Assembly (NCBI GenBank): GCA_964512095.1
Contig: CAZEIH010000010.1
Span: 14,743 to 78,742 of the forward strand
DNA: 64,000 bases
Origin: an uncultured Oscillospiraceae bacterium
GTDB lineage: Bacteria; Bacillota; Clostridia; Acetivibrionales; DTU013
Direction of reading: 5' to 3'
Below, piece by piece: positions 50,604-59,062 of the stretch (positions within the stretch are counted from its first letter, which is position 1; each line of letters begins with the position of its first letter). The notes under the pieces are model-generated. The model was not told the origin of the DNA, searched no databases, and saw only the letters and a list, made by a program, of their open reading frames with translations. Position numbers and translations under genes: made by a program.

Positions 50604-50768
50604 TTTGGTTCCACCTTTGTGAGAACGACAGTCTATAACATCAGGATAAATTACTTTACTAGCTTATTCTACATTTGTCCCCATAAATCCTCTCTTTTAG
50701 TCATAAAGCGATTTTTTATATATTTATCACTTCCATTAAATGTAACATATAATAGGGTAATTTTAGTG

Positions 50769-50797
50769 TTGACAACAATGGATGCAACCATTATAAT
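50769..50797 (+). promoter_or_regulatory. Consensus sigma-A promoter of tRNA-Lys
   Basis: TTGACA-17 nt-TATAAT. Confidence 0.85.
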
Positions 50798-50838
50798 ATG
50801 TAAGTGGTTCGAAAAAAGTGTTGTCGAACAACACATAA

Positions 50839-50914
50839 GCGCTATTAGCTCAGTTGGTAGAGCACCTGACTCTTAATCAGGGCGTCCGGGGTTCGAGTCC
50901 CCGATGGCGTACCA
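50839..50914 (+). tRNA. tRNA-Lys (anticodon CTT)
   Basis: 76 nt, D-loop AGCTCAGTTGGTAGAGC, anticodon arm CCTGA-CTCTTAA-TCAGG, GGTTCGAGTCC, encoded CCA. Confidence 0.97.
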
Positions 50915-50946
50915 AAAACCTTCAAGTATAGCTTGAAGGTTTTTTT
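50915..50946 (+). terminator. Intrinsic terminator after tRNA-Lys
   Basis: AAAACCTTCAAG-tatag-CTTGAAGGTTTTTTT. Confidence 0.9.
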
Positions 50947-50969
50947 GTGTTCATGACTAGTCAGTCAAT

Positions 50970-51040
50970 TCGCTCAGGGAGTAAGGTGGAGACTGAACTC
51001 CGCCTGACCAAGGAAGTTAATTAATAGAGGTCGGTGTCTT
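50970..51040. repeat. Degenerate palindromic intergenic repeat, copy C
   Basis: CAGGGAGTAAGGTGGA...CTCCGCCTGA...ATAGAGGTCGGTGTCTT; matches 61297-61333. Confidence 0.55.
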
Positions 51041-51153
51041 CTGAATACATAGATAAATATAAATATCATAGAATGGAGCACGCAGGCCATGCTTGAGCAA
51101 CAACCTGAATAATGGGGTTGGGTATGTTTCTCGTATATAGAAAAATACTCCCA

Positions 51154-51181
51154 TTGAAATTTGGAATTATTTTGCTATAAT
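51154..51181 (+). promoter_or_regulatory. Probable sigma-A promoter of agrAC
   Basis: TTGAAA-16 nt-TATAAT with a TG extended -10. Confidence 0.5.
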
Positions 51182-51393
51182 ACATATTAATATGTTGTTT
51201 ATTTAAATCATATGTAATATTATAATTATACAGCATTATGCGATTATTATTACATATTGATCTTATATTAATATGGCAATTGCCAATTTTAAACAAAATT
51301 ATCGATTGTATGCTGTAACTTATGGTGGCATTTATGTTAATATATATATGTAAATAATGGTTTTTCCATATGAAAGAAACGGAGGATATCGAA

Positions 51394-52086
51394 ATGCTAT
51401 CAATAGCCATTCTTGATGACAATATCAATGTCCTAGAAGAATATGAACAGCTTATTCCAATCTGGTTAGGCCGAAATGAGATAAACGGGCAAATCGTTAC
51501 CGCTACGACTGACTACAGAGAATTTGTGAAGGCAGTGCAAGACAACTCAGTAAATGTATGCATTATTGATATAAATCTACAATCAGAGGTGAACGGCATT
51601 TATGTAGCCAAATACATTAGAAAGAAAAACATTAACACTGAAATCATTTTTTGTACAGGTATGCTGGAGTTTATGCATCAGGCCTTTGATGTGAATGCAT
51701 ATCATTTCATAGTCAAGCCCTTTGGCCGCAACCTGGAAAGATGTCTTATCAAGCTCGACAGAGAAATAGCCAGCAGACAAAAGGTAAAGGGCATACTAGA
51801 GGTAAAAACAAGATCTCACATATACTATTTATCTCATGAATCTATATCACATATATTACGGATAGGCGCAAAAACAGTGATCCATTCAACTGATAATGTT
51901 ATAGAAGTTTACGAGAGTGTTGAGTCAATTGTTTCAAAGCTTGACAGTAATAAATTTATTAGATGCCACAGGTCTACTGTTGTTAATAAGGATTATATAA
52001 AATACATAGATAAAAAAAGTCATACTATCGTTCTTACAAATGGTTACAGCAGCAAAATAGGAACTAGCTTTTATCCTGTTTCCTAA
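51394..52086 (+). CDS. agrA: LytTR-family response regulator AgrA (start 51394 after GGAGG)
   Basis: Receiver (LDDN, IDINL, KP) plus LytTR (FIRCHRSTVVN). Confidence 0.88.
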   Translation: MLSIAILDDNINVLEEYEQLIPIWLGRNEINGQIVTATTDYREFVKAVQDNSVNVCIIDINLQSEVNGIYVAKYIRKKNINTEIIFCTGMLEFMHQAFDVNAYHFIVKPFGRNLERCLIKLDREIASRQKVKGILEVKTRSHIYYLSHESISHILRIGAKTVIHSTDNVIEVYESVESIVSKLDSNKFIRCHRSTVVNKDYIKYIDKKSHTIVLTNGYSSKIGTSFYPVS

Positions 52087-52108
52087 GCGGCGAAAGGAGT
52101 ACTAACAA

Positions 52109-53395
52109 ATGAACTACACTGTAATAGTGATTAATATTATATCTTCTCTAGTTGCTTCTTTATACATTGTTTATTTGTTTAAATCAGTTTATGCTTATAG
52201 GTTTCCAACTCACAAAATAGTGATTTTTGCACTAGTTTTTTGCTTACTAAACGGCCCTGTCTCTTCACTCATGCAATCATTTGTATATAAGCCTCTAATA
52301 CTAATTGTGCTTAGTACTATTATAATATGGCGTATACTAAAAACCACCTTTCTCCAGTCATTTTTCGCCTTCTCATTTTACGCAATAGCCTCAGCCTTTA
52401 GCAATGCAGCAATACCCGTTCTTTTCTCTTTGATTATACCTGGCATTGATGTGGCCACTATGCAAAATAATCTATGGCTGTCAATTACCTCAAATACCAT
52501 TTCCCTCCTAATGGTATTCATTATGTTTGTTTCTGTAAAGCCTGTAAGGCAGTATATAAAGCTGATACGACAGGAGAAATTCCTTGCCCTGCTCACTGCA
52601 GCAACATTCATAGTAATATGTGCTTCCTTTGCCATGTACATGTATTCCAAAACACTAGATATGTCCATCTATCTAGTAATTTCACTGATAAGCGTTTCAT
52701 ATTGCATATTTATAATACTAATGTGGTTTAATGTACTAAGAAGGGTTGTTCGGGACGAAGATCTTAATCAGCAAAAATTTTATAATGAATCTCTTCGTTC
52801 AACATTGTTTGAGCTGCGTAGATTTAGACACGATTGGGTTAATAATCTGATAGTCATAGATTCTATGATAAAAATGAACAAAAACAATGAATTGAGACAG
52901 TATATGTCTGAGCTTATGGCACAATGCTCCCAAAACTGTAACACTCAGATATATGATATAAAGAATGCGGGACTATTTGGTATACTTTCCTCAAAAATCA
53001 ATCTTGCTGGTGATATGGGTGTGACTGTAGATCTGCAGGTCAGCGGTGAAATTGAAAGCATACCAGACGTAAAAATATCCGAATTGTGCGAGGTAATTGG
53101 CATTTTTATGGACAATGCCATTGAAGAAGCCTGTAAATGTGAAAAGTCTATAAGTTTAAACTTAAAAAACGGGATAAATTTTATTGAGATATCCTTCTCC
53201 AATAGCTGCTCCGAGCCACCAGATATGCAGAAAATTTATAGGGATGGCTATTCTTCAAAGGGTGAAAACAGAGGTATGGGACTGGCTATAGCAAAGAAGG
53301 TTCTTGGTAAATATAATAATATTCTTCATATAACAAGTTATGAAAATAATATGTTTACTCAAACCATCGAGATAGTAAACAGAAAGGGGCTTTAA
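52109..53395 (+). CDS. agrC: AgrC-type membrane sensor histidine kinase
   Basis: Multi-TM N-terminus, FRHDWVNNL H-box, DNAIE, YSSKGENRGMGL. Confidence 0.88.
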   Translation: MNYTVIVINIISSLVASLYIVYLFKSVYAYRFPTHKIVIFALVFCLLNGPVSSLMQSFVYKPLILIVLSTIIIWRILKTTFLQSFFAFSFYAIASAFSNAAIPVLFSLIIPGIDVATMQNNLWLSITSNTISLLMVFIMFVSVKPVRQYIKLIRQEKFLALLTAATFIVICASFAMYMYSKTLDMSIYLVISLISVSYCIFIILMWFNVLRRVVRDEDLNQQKFYNESLRSTLFELRRFRHDWVNNLIVIDSMIKMNKNNELRQYMSELMAQCSQNCNTQIYDIKNAGLFGILSSKINLAGDMGVTVDLQVSGEIESIPDVKISELCEVIGIFMDNAIEEACKCEKSISLNLKNGINFIEISFSNSCSEPPDMQKIYRDGYSSKGENRGMGLAIAKKVLGKYNNILHITSYENNMFTQTIEIVNRKGL

Positions 53396-53410
53396 GCCCC
53401 TTACCTGTTT
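53377..53410. terminator. Stem-loop at the convergent agrC/agrD junction (bidirectional terminator candidate)
   Basis: AAACAG-AAAGGGGCT-ttA-AGCCCCTT-AC-CTGTTT. Confidence 0.6.
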
Positions 53411-53424
53411 CATTGCTTGTAATC

Positions 53425-53568
53425 CTAGTCTTCCCTTATTAAGGATTTTGGGCATTCTCTCTGATGGAAGGTCCAAAGCCAACAGCCGTAAGTTGAAACA
53501 GTAGAAGCTGCAAATACACCTACCATCGCACCAAGACAAACCAGGATCTTGAAATAATTTTTCTTCAT
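53425..53568 (-). CDS. agrD: AgrD cyclic autoinducing peptide precursor, 47 aa (below the ORF-track cutoff)
   Basis: MKKNYFKILVCLGAMVGVFAASTVSTYGCWLWTFHQRECPKSLIRED*; ATGA overlap with the agrB stop, AGGAGG RBS, amphipathic leader, Cys core then HQ...P and a charged tail. Confidence 0.9.
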   Translation of the reverse strand: MKKNYFKILVCLGAMVGVFAASTVSTYGCWLWTFHQRECPKSLIRED

Positions 53569-54161
53569 ATCAGCGCCTCCTCTCTCCCATATTTGTTTTT
53601 TGATAGCTTATAAGCTATTGGTGTCATAAAAAACGCTTGAACAAAGCACGCATAAAGAATAATATTTGACCACACATTGGGTAAAAGCCATGCTGTAGTA
53701 AATAGTATTGTTAGTAATATAAAGCCACCTATCCGTAATTGTTTCCTTTGCCTTTTGGATTTTACCGGCTTCTGTGGTAAATCAGCCGGAGCGAAAAAGT
53801 ATGCTGTCACATATGAAAATGGGATAACAACAAAACTTAGATATAAACGATCAATTCCAAAATACATAGCCCCAGCAAGGACTCCAAAAACAATGGCCGA
53901 GTGAGTAATTATGCATCCTATATGTGTTTTTGCATGAATACCTCCAAGAAAGGTTCTTTGTATCCCATAAACAGCCATAGTAACTATCACATAAGGTACT
54001 ATTCCAAGTAATACGGAAATCAACAATATAGCCGCCATCTTGACCAATTCTGACGCAGTCATATAAACACCATATTCTATAACCTCACGTCTTTCGGGCG
54101 AAATATTAGGCAGCGTAGAATATATCATATCCGTCATATATTTGCTAAATCTATCAAACAT
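53565..54161 (-). CDS. agrB: AgrB peptide-processing membrane protease (start 54161 or 54170)
   Basis: EVIEYG, QRTFLGGIHAKTHIGC (His/Cys dyad), FAPADLPQKP. Confidence 0.93.
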   Translation of the reverse strand: MFDRFSKYMTDMIYSTLPNISPERREVIEYGVYMTASELVKMAAILLISVLLGIVPYVIVTMAVYGIQRTFLGGIHAKTHIGCIITHSAIVFGVLAGAMYFGIDRLYLSFVVIPFSYVTAYFFAPADLPQKPVKSKRQRKQLRIGGFILLTILFTTAWLLPNVWSNIILYACFVQAFFMTPIAYKLSKNKYGREEALI

Positions 54162-54178
54162 TTTTATCACCTGTTTAA

Positions 54179-54241
54179 ATTATACCATTTTTAGTCAGCA
54201 TTTTTCTTAGATTTACTGAACCACCATTTTATGTTATCGAA
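54179..54241 (-). promoter_or_regulatory. agrBD promoter: extended -10 plus 21-bp-spaced direct repeats (candidate AgrA sites)
   Basis: TGGTATAAT at 54187-54179, weak -35, repeats TTCGATAA (54241-54234) and TTCAGTAA (54220-54213). Confidence 0.45.
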
Positions 54242-54439
54242 TGTTGCTTTAACAATATCCGGCGAAGGATTTAGTTGATTCATAATGGTATCCTACGGGC
54301 AGTGCCCTACATCGCTCTTTTGATGGTGATAGGGGAAATCTTTTTAAAAGTTGACAAACCTAATATAAAATGATATGTTATTTTCACTGGCTTTTATTTA
54401 CAAAATTATTAGATTTGTTGTAATTATGAGGTATATAAT

Positions 54440-54673
54440 ATGTTATCTGAATTAGCTGAATGCACAAAGGTAATGCTAAAAGTCATTCATGAGATGTACA
54501 GCACACAAAGGATAACCTATAAAGAATTTGTAGGCCACACAGAAAAAAAACTGCAGTTTCTATCAGAAAATATTAATTCTTTTGACACTGAAAACGATAG
54601 AAGAGACGCATCTGATATCATATACAAATGCAGCTTGATCCTATCAGAACACGAATATCCATATCTACAGTAA
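54440..54673 (+). CDS. Hypothetical 77-aa protein
   Basis: RBS GAGG before ATG, TTGACA-17-TATGTT promoter upstream, fills the gap between agrB and murG. Confidence 0.7.
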   Translation: MLSELAECTKVMLKVIHEMYSTQRITYKEFVGHTEKKLQFLSENINSFDTENDRRDASDIIYKCSLILSEHEYPYLQ

Positions 54674-54681
54674 GTTAAACT

Positions 54682-55749
54682 CTACCCTCTCATATGCGCT
54701 TTTATCACCTTTATCACTGCTGATACTCCACTACTATTGTCTGTGCTGCTCATCGCGGATACATATTTTGTTGCGTTTTGCTTTAGCTCATTAATTGAGT
54801 TGAACAATGACTCATCATTCAATTCTTCCTCATGAAGCACCATGCTATAGCCCTGCCTTTTAAAAGATAAAGCATTTTGTATCTGATCTCCTCTGCTGGC
54901 AGACCTCGTAAGTGGTATAAGAAGGTTGGGCTTTTTCAGTACAAGGAGCTCAAAAAGTACCGTAGCTCCTGCTCGTGAGACCACAAAATCAGCCATGGCA
55001 TATATATGCGGCTGTTCTTCATTTACGTACTCGAATTGTTTGTAGCCAGGTATATTGTTCATGTCGACTTCTATTTTTCCCTTACCACAAATATGGCATA
55101 TATTGAAATCCTTCAGTAGCTTGGGGAGTATATTTCTTACTGCATTATTAATCCTTTCAGACCCAAGACTGCCACCGATAATCATAATTACAGGCTTAGA
55201 ATCATTAAATCCGCATATATTCCTACCATTCTGACGTGTCCCCCCCATCAGCGACTCTCTTATAGGTATACCTGTTTTTATAGCTTTTTTAACAGATATG
55301 TGGTGGGCAGATTCGGGAAAGGTATAGCAAACAGCCTTAGCAAAAGGCAATGAAAGCCTATTTGTAAGTCCGGGGGTTATATCTGATTCATGAATCACTA
55401 CAGGTATCCTTCTGAGCCATGCTGCCCAAACAACAGGACATGATACAAAGCCACCCTTGCTGAAAACCACCACAGGCTTTAGTTTTCCCAATATGGAATA
55501 GGCCTGGCCAAGTCCACCAGCTACTTTAAAGACGTCAGTAAGGTTTTTGACATCAAAATATCTCCTTAGCTTACCGGCACTAGTTTCATGATATGGGATC
55601 CCCTCATTGAGGATCAGTTCCTTTTCAATACCATTGCGTGAGCCAATATAATGTACATCCCAGCCTTCCCGGCTAAGAGCGGGTAACAGTGCAATATTTG
55701 GAGTTACATGCCCTGATGAACCTCCGCCTGTCAATACTATTCTTTTCAT
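54682..55749 (-). CDS. murG: Lipid II GlcNAc transferase MurG
   Basis: TGGGSSGHVTPN, HESDITPG, GGSLGS, SRAGA, RGDQIQNA. Confidence 0.93.
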   Translation of the reverse strand: MKRIVLTGGGSSGHVTPNIALLPALSREGWDVHYIGSRNGIEKELILNEGIPYHETSAGKLRRYFDVKNLTDVFKVAGGLGQAYSILGKLKPVVVFSKGGFVSCPVVWAAWLRRIPVVIHESDITPGLTNRLSLPFAKAVCYTFPESAHHISVKKAIKTGIPIRESLMGGTRQNGRNICGFNDSKPVIMIIGGSLGSERINNAVRNILPKLLKDFNICHICGKGKIEVDMNNIPGYKQFEYVNEEQPHIYAMADFVVSRAGATVLFELLVLKKPNLLIPLTRSASRGDQIQNALSFKRQGYSMVLHEEELNDESLFNSINELKQNATKYVSAMSSTDNSSGVSAVIKVIKAHMRG

Positions 55750-55750
55750 A

Positions 55751-56998
55751 TTAACTATCTACTCCAATTTTCCGCAAGGATAAAACATCAAAACCAGTTG
55801 GTGTCTGGTGTGCCCTTAGTCCAAACTCAGGTAGAACCGCCAGCAGATGATCAAAAATATCTGACTGTATATTCTCATATTCTATCCAATCAGTAGTTGC
55901 TGTAAACGCATATACTTCCAGGGGAATACCCTCTGATGTAGGCAATAGCTGGCGTACCATTAGTGTAACATTCTCGTTTATACCAGGATGGTTTTGGAGA
56001 TAATTCAACATATAGTATCTGAAGGTTCCAATATTCGTCATCCTTCTTCCGTTGACCGGATCTGATATATCTATATTTTTTTCCTCATTATAGTTTTCAA
56101 TTTCCTTCTGCCTGCTAATAATATATTCCTTAAGGTACTCAATTCTCTCAAAACGCTTCAGCATTTCCTCTGAACAGAATGAAATACTGCTGATATCTAT
56201 ACTAATACTTCGCTTTATTCTTCGGACTCCCGATGCAGTCATCCCTCTCCAGTTTCTAAAAGAATCCGACATCATTGCCTGAGCGGGTATAGTTGTTATT
56301 GTCTTATCAAAATTCTGAACCTTTACGGTGGTCAGTGCAATATCTATTACGGACCCATCTGCGTCATATTTAGGCATCTGGACCCAATCCCCTATTCGCA
56401 CCATATCATTGGAAGTCAGCTGAATTCCCGCCACAAACCCCAGAATAGAGCTCTGGAACACTAATAGTATAACAGCTGATAAAGCTCCTAGTCCTCCAAG
56501 CAGGATAATAGGACTTTGTCCTGTCAAGGCCGCAATTGCAACTATTGCGCCTATGATGAATGCAACTATGTTTATTACCTGCAAAATACCCTTGATAGGC
56601 CTTGTTTTTGAGATTTCAATGGTTCTATATATATCCTCCACTGAATTGAGAAGGGCATCGATTACAAAAAGAATCACCAATGTCATGTACACAGACATTA
56701 TTCTTCTGATCCATACTTCAATGTCTGGAAAGCTGCCTGCAAATAGACTAATAACAAGTGGTGTCACTAAATGGGCTAATCGATGGAACACCTTGCGCTC
56801 ATACATTATATCATCCCAAGTGTACTTGTTCTTTTTAACAAGCGCAGAAACTACCTTTAGAAGCACCTTCCTTGCAATGAAGTTAAGCAAAAGGCATAGT
56901 ACAACAATAATTATAACTAAAATAGCATAAGACATCGTCTTCGATACTCCATCCGTCGCGCCAATTGCGCTGAAGCATTTGGCAATTTCAGCCTGCAA
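55751..56998 (-). CDS. Mechanosensitive channel, MscS family (YbdG-like; likely TTG start 56998)
   Basis: GFVAGIQL...RIGDWVQMPKYDADG, VQNFDKTITTIP, NWRGM...RRIKR. Confidence 0.9.
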   Translation of the reverse strand: MQAEIAKCFSAIGATDGVSKTMSYAILVIIIVVLCLLLNFIARKVLLKVVSALVKKNKYTWDDIMYERKVFHRLAHLVTPLVISLFAGSFPDIEVWIRRIMSVYMTLVILFVIDALLNSVEDIYRTIEISKTRPIKGILQVINIVAFIIGAIVAIAALTGQSPIILLGGLGALSAVILLVFQSSILGFVAGIQLTSNDMVRIGDWVQMPKYDADGSVIDIALTTVKVQNFDKTITTIPAQAMMSDSFRNWRGMTASGVRRIKRSISIDISSISFCSEEMLKRFERIEYLKEYIISRQKEIENYNEEKNIDISDPVNGRRMTNIGTFRYYMLNYLQNHPGINENVTLMVRQLLPTSEGIPLEVYAFTATTDWIEYENIQSDIFDHLLAVLPEFGLRAHQTPTGFDVLSLRKIGVDS

Positions 56999-57046
56999 AG
57001 TGAATCCCCTCCAAAAAAATGATATGAAAATTCTTTCCACGTAGTG

Positions 57047-57670
57047 CTATGAGTTTTTCAATATTACGCTCTCAATGACATTAGCTACATCCTCACAAGC
57101 ATCACAGCATTTCTCCAAGTAATGGTAGGTTGTATCCCAGGCTGCCAGCTCTTTATAGTCCTGACACTCTACATAAAGCTTTCTAGTAGCCTCAGTAAAT
57201 AGGATATCTCCTTCCTCCTCCAATCTGTTGACCTCCACTAAAAGATCATGAAGCTTTGTTGATTTTCGAAAGTTGTAAAACTCATCAAGGGCTGTTTTTA
57301 GAGAATTGCAGCATTTTACAATTACTTCTGTCATTTTTAGTGCATAATCTGTAACATTTTTCACATTATACATATACATCCGCATTAAGACATCTTCTAT
57401 AGTATCGGTAACGGTATCAATTGCATCAGCCATGCCCATGATATCTTCACGTTCTATAGGTGTAATGAATTCTCTTGAGAGCTTTTTTATCATATTATGC
57501 CTTGCTTCATCACCACTATGCTCGATATAATGCATATCTTTCATTTTTGTTGGCAACGTTTCTGCATTGTAGTGCCGCATTATTTTGTTCAACAAGTCAG
57601 CTGCCTTACAGGAATAGCCTGCCAATTCTACAAAAGTATCGAAATAATTAATATCTTCTTTTCGTGCCAT
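57047..57670 (-). CDS. DUF47 phosphate transport regulator (PhoU-like)
   Basis: IEHSGDE, FITPIEREDI, LEEEGD, CCDACEDVAN; cotranscribed with pit. Confidence 0.9.
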   Translation of the reverse strand: MARKEDINYFDTFVELAGYSCKAADLLNKIMRHYNAETLPTKMKDMHYIEHSGDEARHNMIKKLSREFITPIEREDIMGMADAIDTVTDTIEDVLMRMYMYNVKNVTDYALKMTEVIVKCCNSLKTALDEFYNFRKSTKLHDLLVEVNRLEEEGDILFTEATRKLYVECQDYKELAAWDTTYHYLEKCCDACEDVANVIESVILKNS

Positions 57671-57705
57671 ATCTGAACCTTCCTATCCATTATATTTTTT
57701 TTATA

Positions 57706-58758
57706 CTAAAATATTCTCATAAATAGCAAAGCCATTAGAAACCCTATCAGGCCGCAACCAGGGAATGTTAGCATCCAAGCTGTCAGCATTTCCTTCACTA
57801 CTCCCCAATTAACCGAAGATATCCTTTTAGCTGCGCCAACGCCCATGATTGCTGTGGTCTTTGTATGTGTTGTACTGACAGGCAGGCCTAGAATATTTGC
57901 GGTCAATAGACTTACGGCACCTACTATATCTGCAGAAAATCCCTGATACGCCTCAAGCTTAACCATATCCATTCCGACAGATTTGATTATCCTCATACCG
58001 CCTATAGATGTCCCAAGGGCCATAACTGCAGAACATAGGATAATAAGCCATAGGGGAATGGCAAAACTGGTAACATTGGCTTGCCCCCGGGCAAGAAACA
58101 TACCAAGCATGAATACACCCATGAACTTTTGTCCATCCTGTGCTCCATGCATAAATGCCATGCCTGCTGCGCCGCTAATTTGCGCATATCTAAAAAATGA
58201 GTTAGTCTTTCTTCTATTGAAGCCTCTAAAAATCGATTCTACAAACTTCACTACGACAAAGCCTAAGAAAAAGCCCATCCCTACAGAAAGCACCAGTCCA
58301 TATATTACCTTTACCCATTCATTTGGGTTTATACCTCCGATACCTTGCTGTAAGGCAATTGCAGCTCCAGAAATGCCGGCTATCAGCGCATGGCTCTCAC
58401 TAGTCGGTATACCAAACCACCATGCTGCAGTTGCCCAAATAACAATGGCAAATAGTGCTGCGCATAGTGCAACAAGTGCTTCATGTGGATCCCCTCCGAA
58501 ATCAACCATATTGAATATAGTCTCCGCCACCTTGGTGTTTATAACTGTCATTACAAGAACACCTAGAAAGTTACAAAATGCAGCCATTATGATGGCAGGA
58601 CGAGGGCTCATGGAACGAGTTGATATACAGGTGGCTATTGCATTTGGCGCATCAGTCCAGCCATTGACTAAAACGACACCCAAAGTCAGAAGAACAGTAA
58701 TCAAAAGTGCCGGATTGGAAATTAAGCCCTGTAAAAATTCTGTAAATGTAACAGTCAT
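57706..58758 (-). CDS. pit: Inorganic phosphate transporter, PiT family
   Basis: NGWTDAPNAIAT, GIPTSESHAL, HGAQDGQK, PVSTTH. Confidence 0.93.
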   Translation of the reverse strand: MTVTFTEFLQGLISNPALLITVLLTLGVVLVNGWTDAPNAIATCISTRSMSPRPAIIMAAFCNFLGVLVMTVINTKVAETIFNMVDFGGDPHEALVALCAALFAIVIWATAAWWFGIPTSESHALIAGISGAAIALQQGIGGINPNEWVKVIYGLVLSVGMGFFLGFVVVKFVESIFRGFNRRKTNSFFRYAQISGAAGMAFMHGAQDGQKFMGVFMLGMFLARGQANVTSFAIPLWLIILCSAVMALGTSIGGMRIIKSVGMDMVKLEAYQGFSADIVGAVSLLTANILGLPVSTTHTKTTAIMGVGAAKRISSVNWGVVKEMLTAWMLTFPGCGLIGFLMALLFMRIF

Positions 58759-58957
58759 TCTTTCATCAGCTTTCTTAATGAGTTTATTTATTCAAAGTAT
58801 AACATGACATCAAACGATTTTAGCATATCATTTTTCATTTAACTAAACAATAGCGGCTAACATAAATCGTACCCTAAAAGACATTATTCATGACAATCAT
58901 ATAAAAATCATCAGTATCATTATTACTATACTAGTAATAATGCCTATGCTCATCGTA

Positions 58958-59010
58958 TTGTCAACCTGATTCATATTTTGGTTGACAAACACTATTTTTA
59001 TAGTTATTAT
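58958..59010 (+). promoter_or_regulatory. BirA operator overlapping the sigma-A promoter of bioY
   Basis: TTGTCAACC-N13-GGTTGACAA (58958-58988); TTGACA (58982)-17-TATTAT (59005). Confidence 0.85.
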
Positions 59011-59062
59011 GATGTAGTATGATGGAATTCATTGCATTGTTTATGACAGGAAAGAGGTAAAT

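Noticed and set aside
51066-51428. 120-aa minus-strand ORF in the agrA leader
   Set aside because: Low-complexity I/N/Y-rich translation of AT-rich promoter DNA overlapping the agrA start
54255-54340. Riboswitch or ncRNA between agrB and the 77-aa ORF
   Set aside because: Only one imperfect hairpin, with no match to a family I can name
50839-54440. Integrative element or prophage at tRNA-Lys
   Set aside because: No integrase and no duplicated tRNA 3' end (att site) were seen in the window; only the AT-rich appearance and position support it
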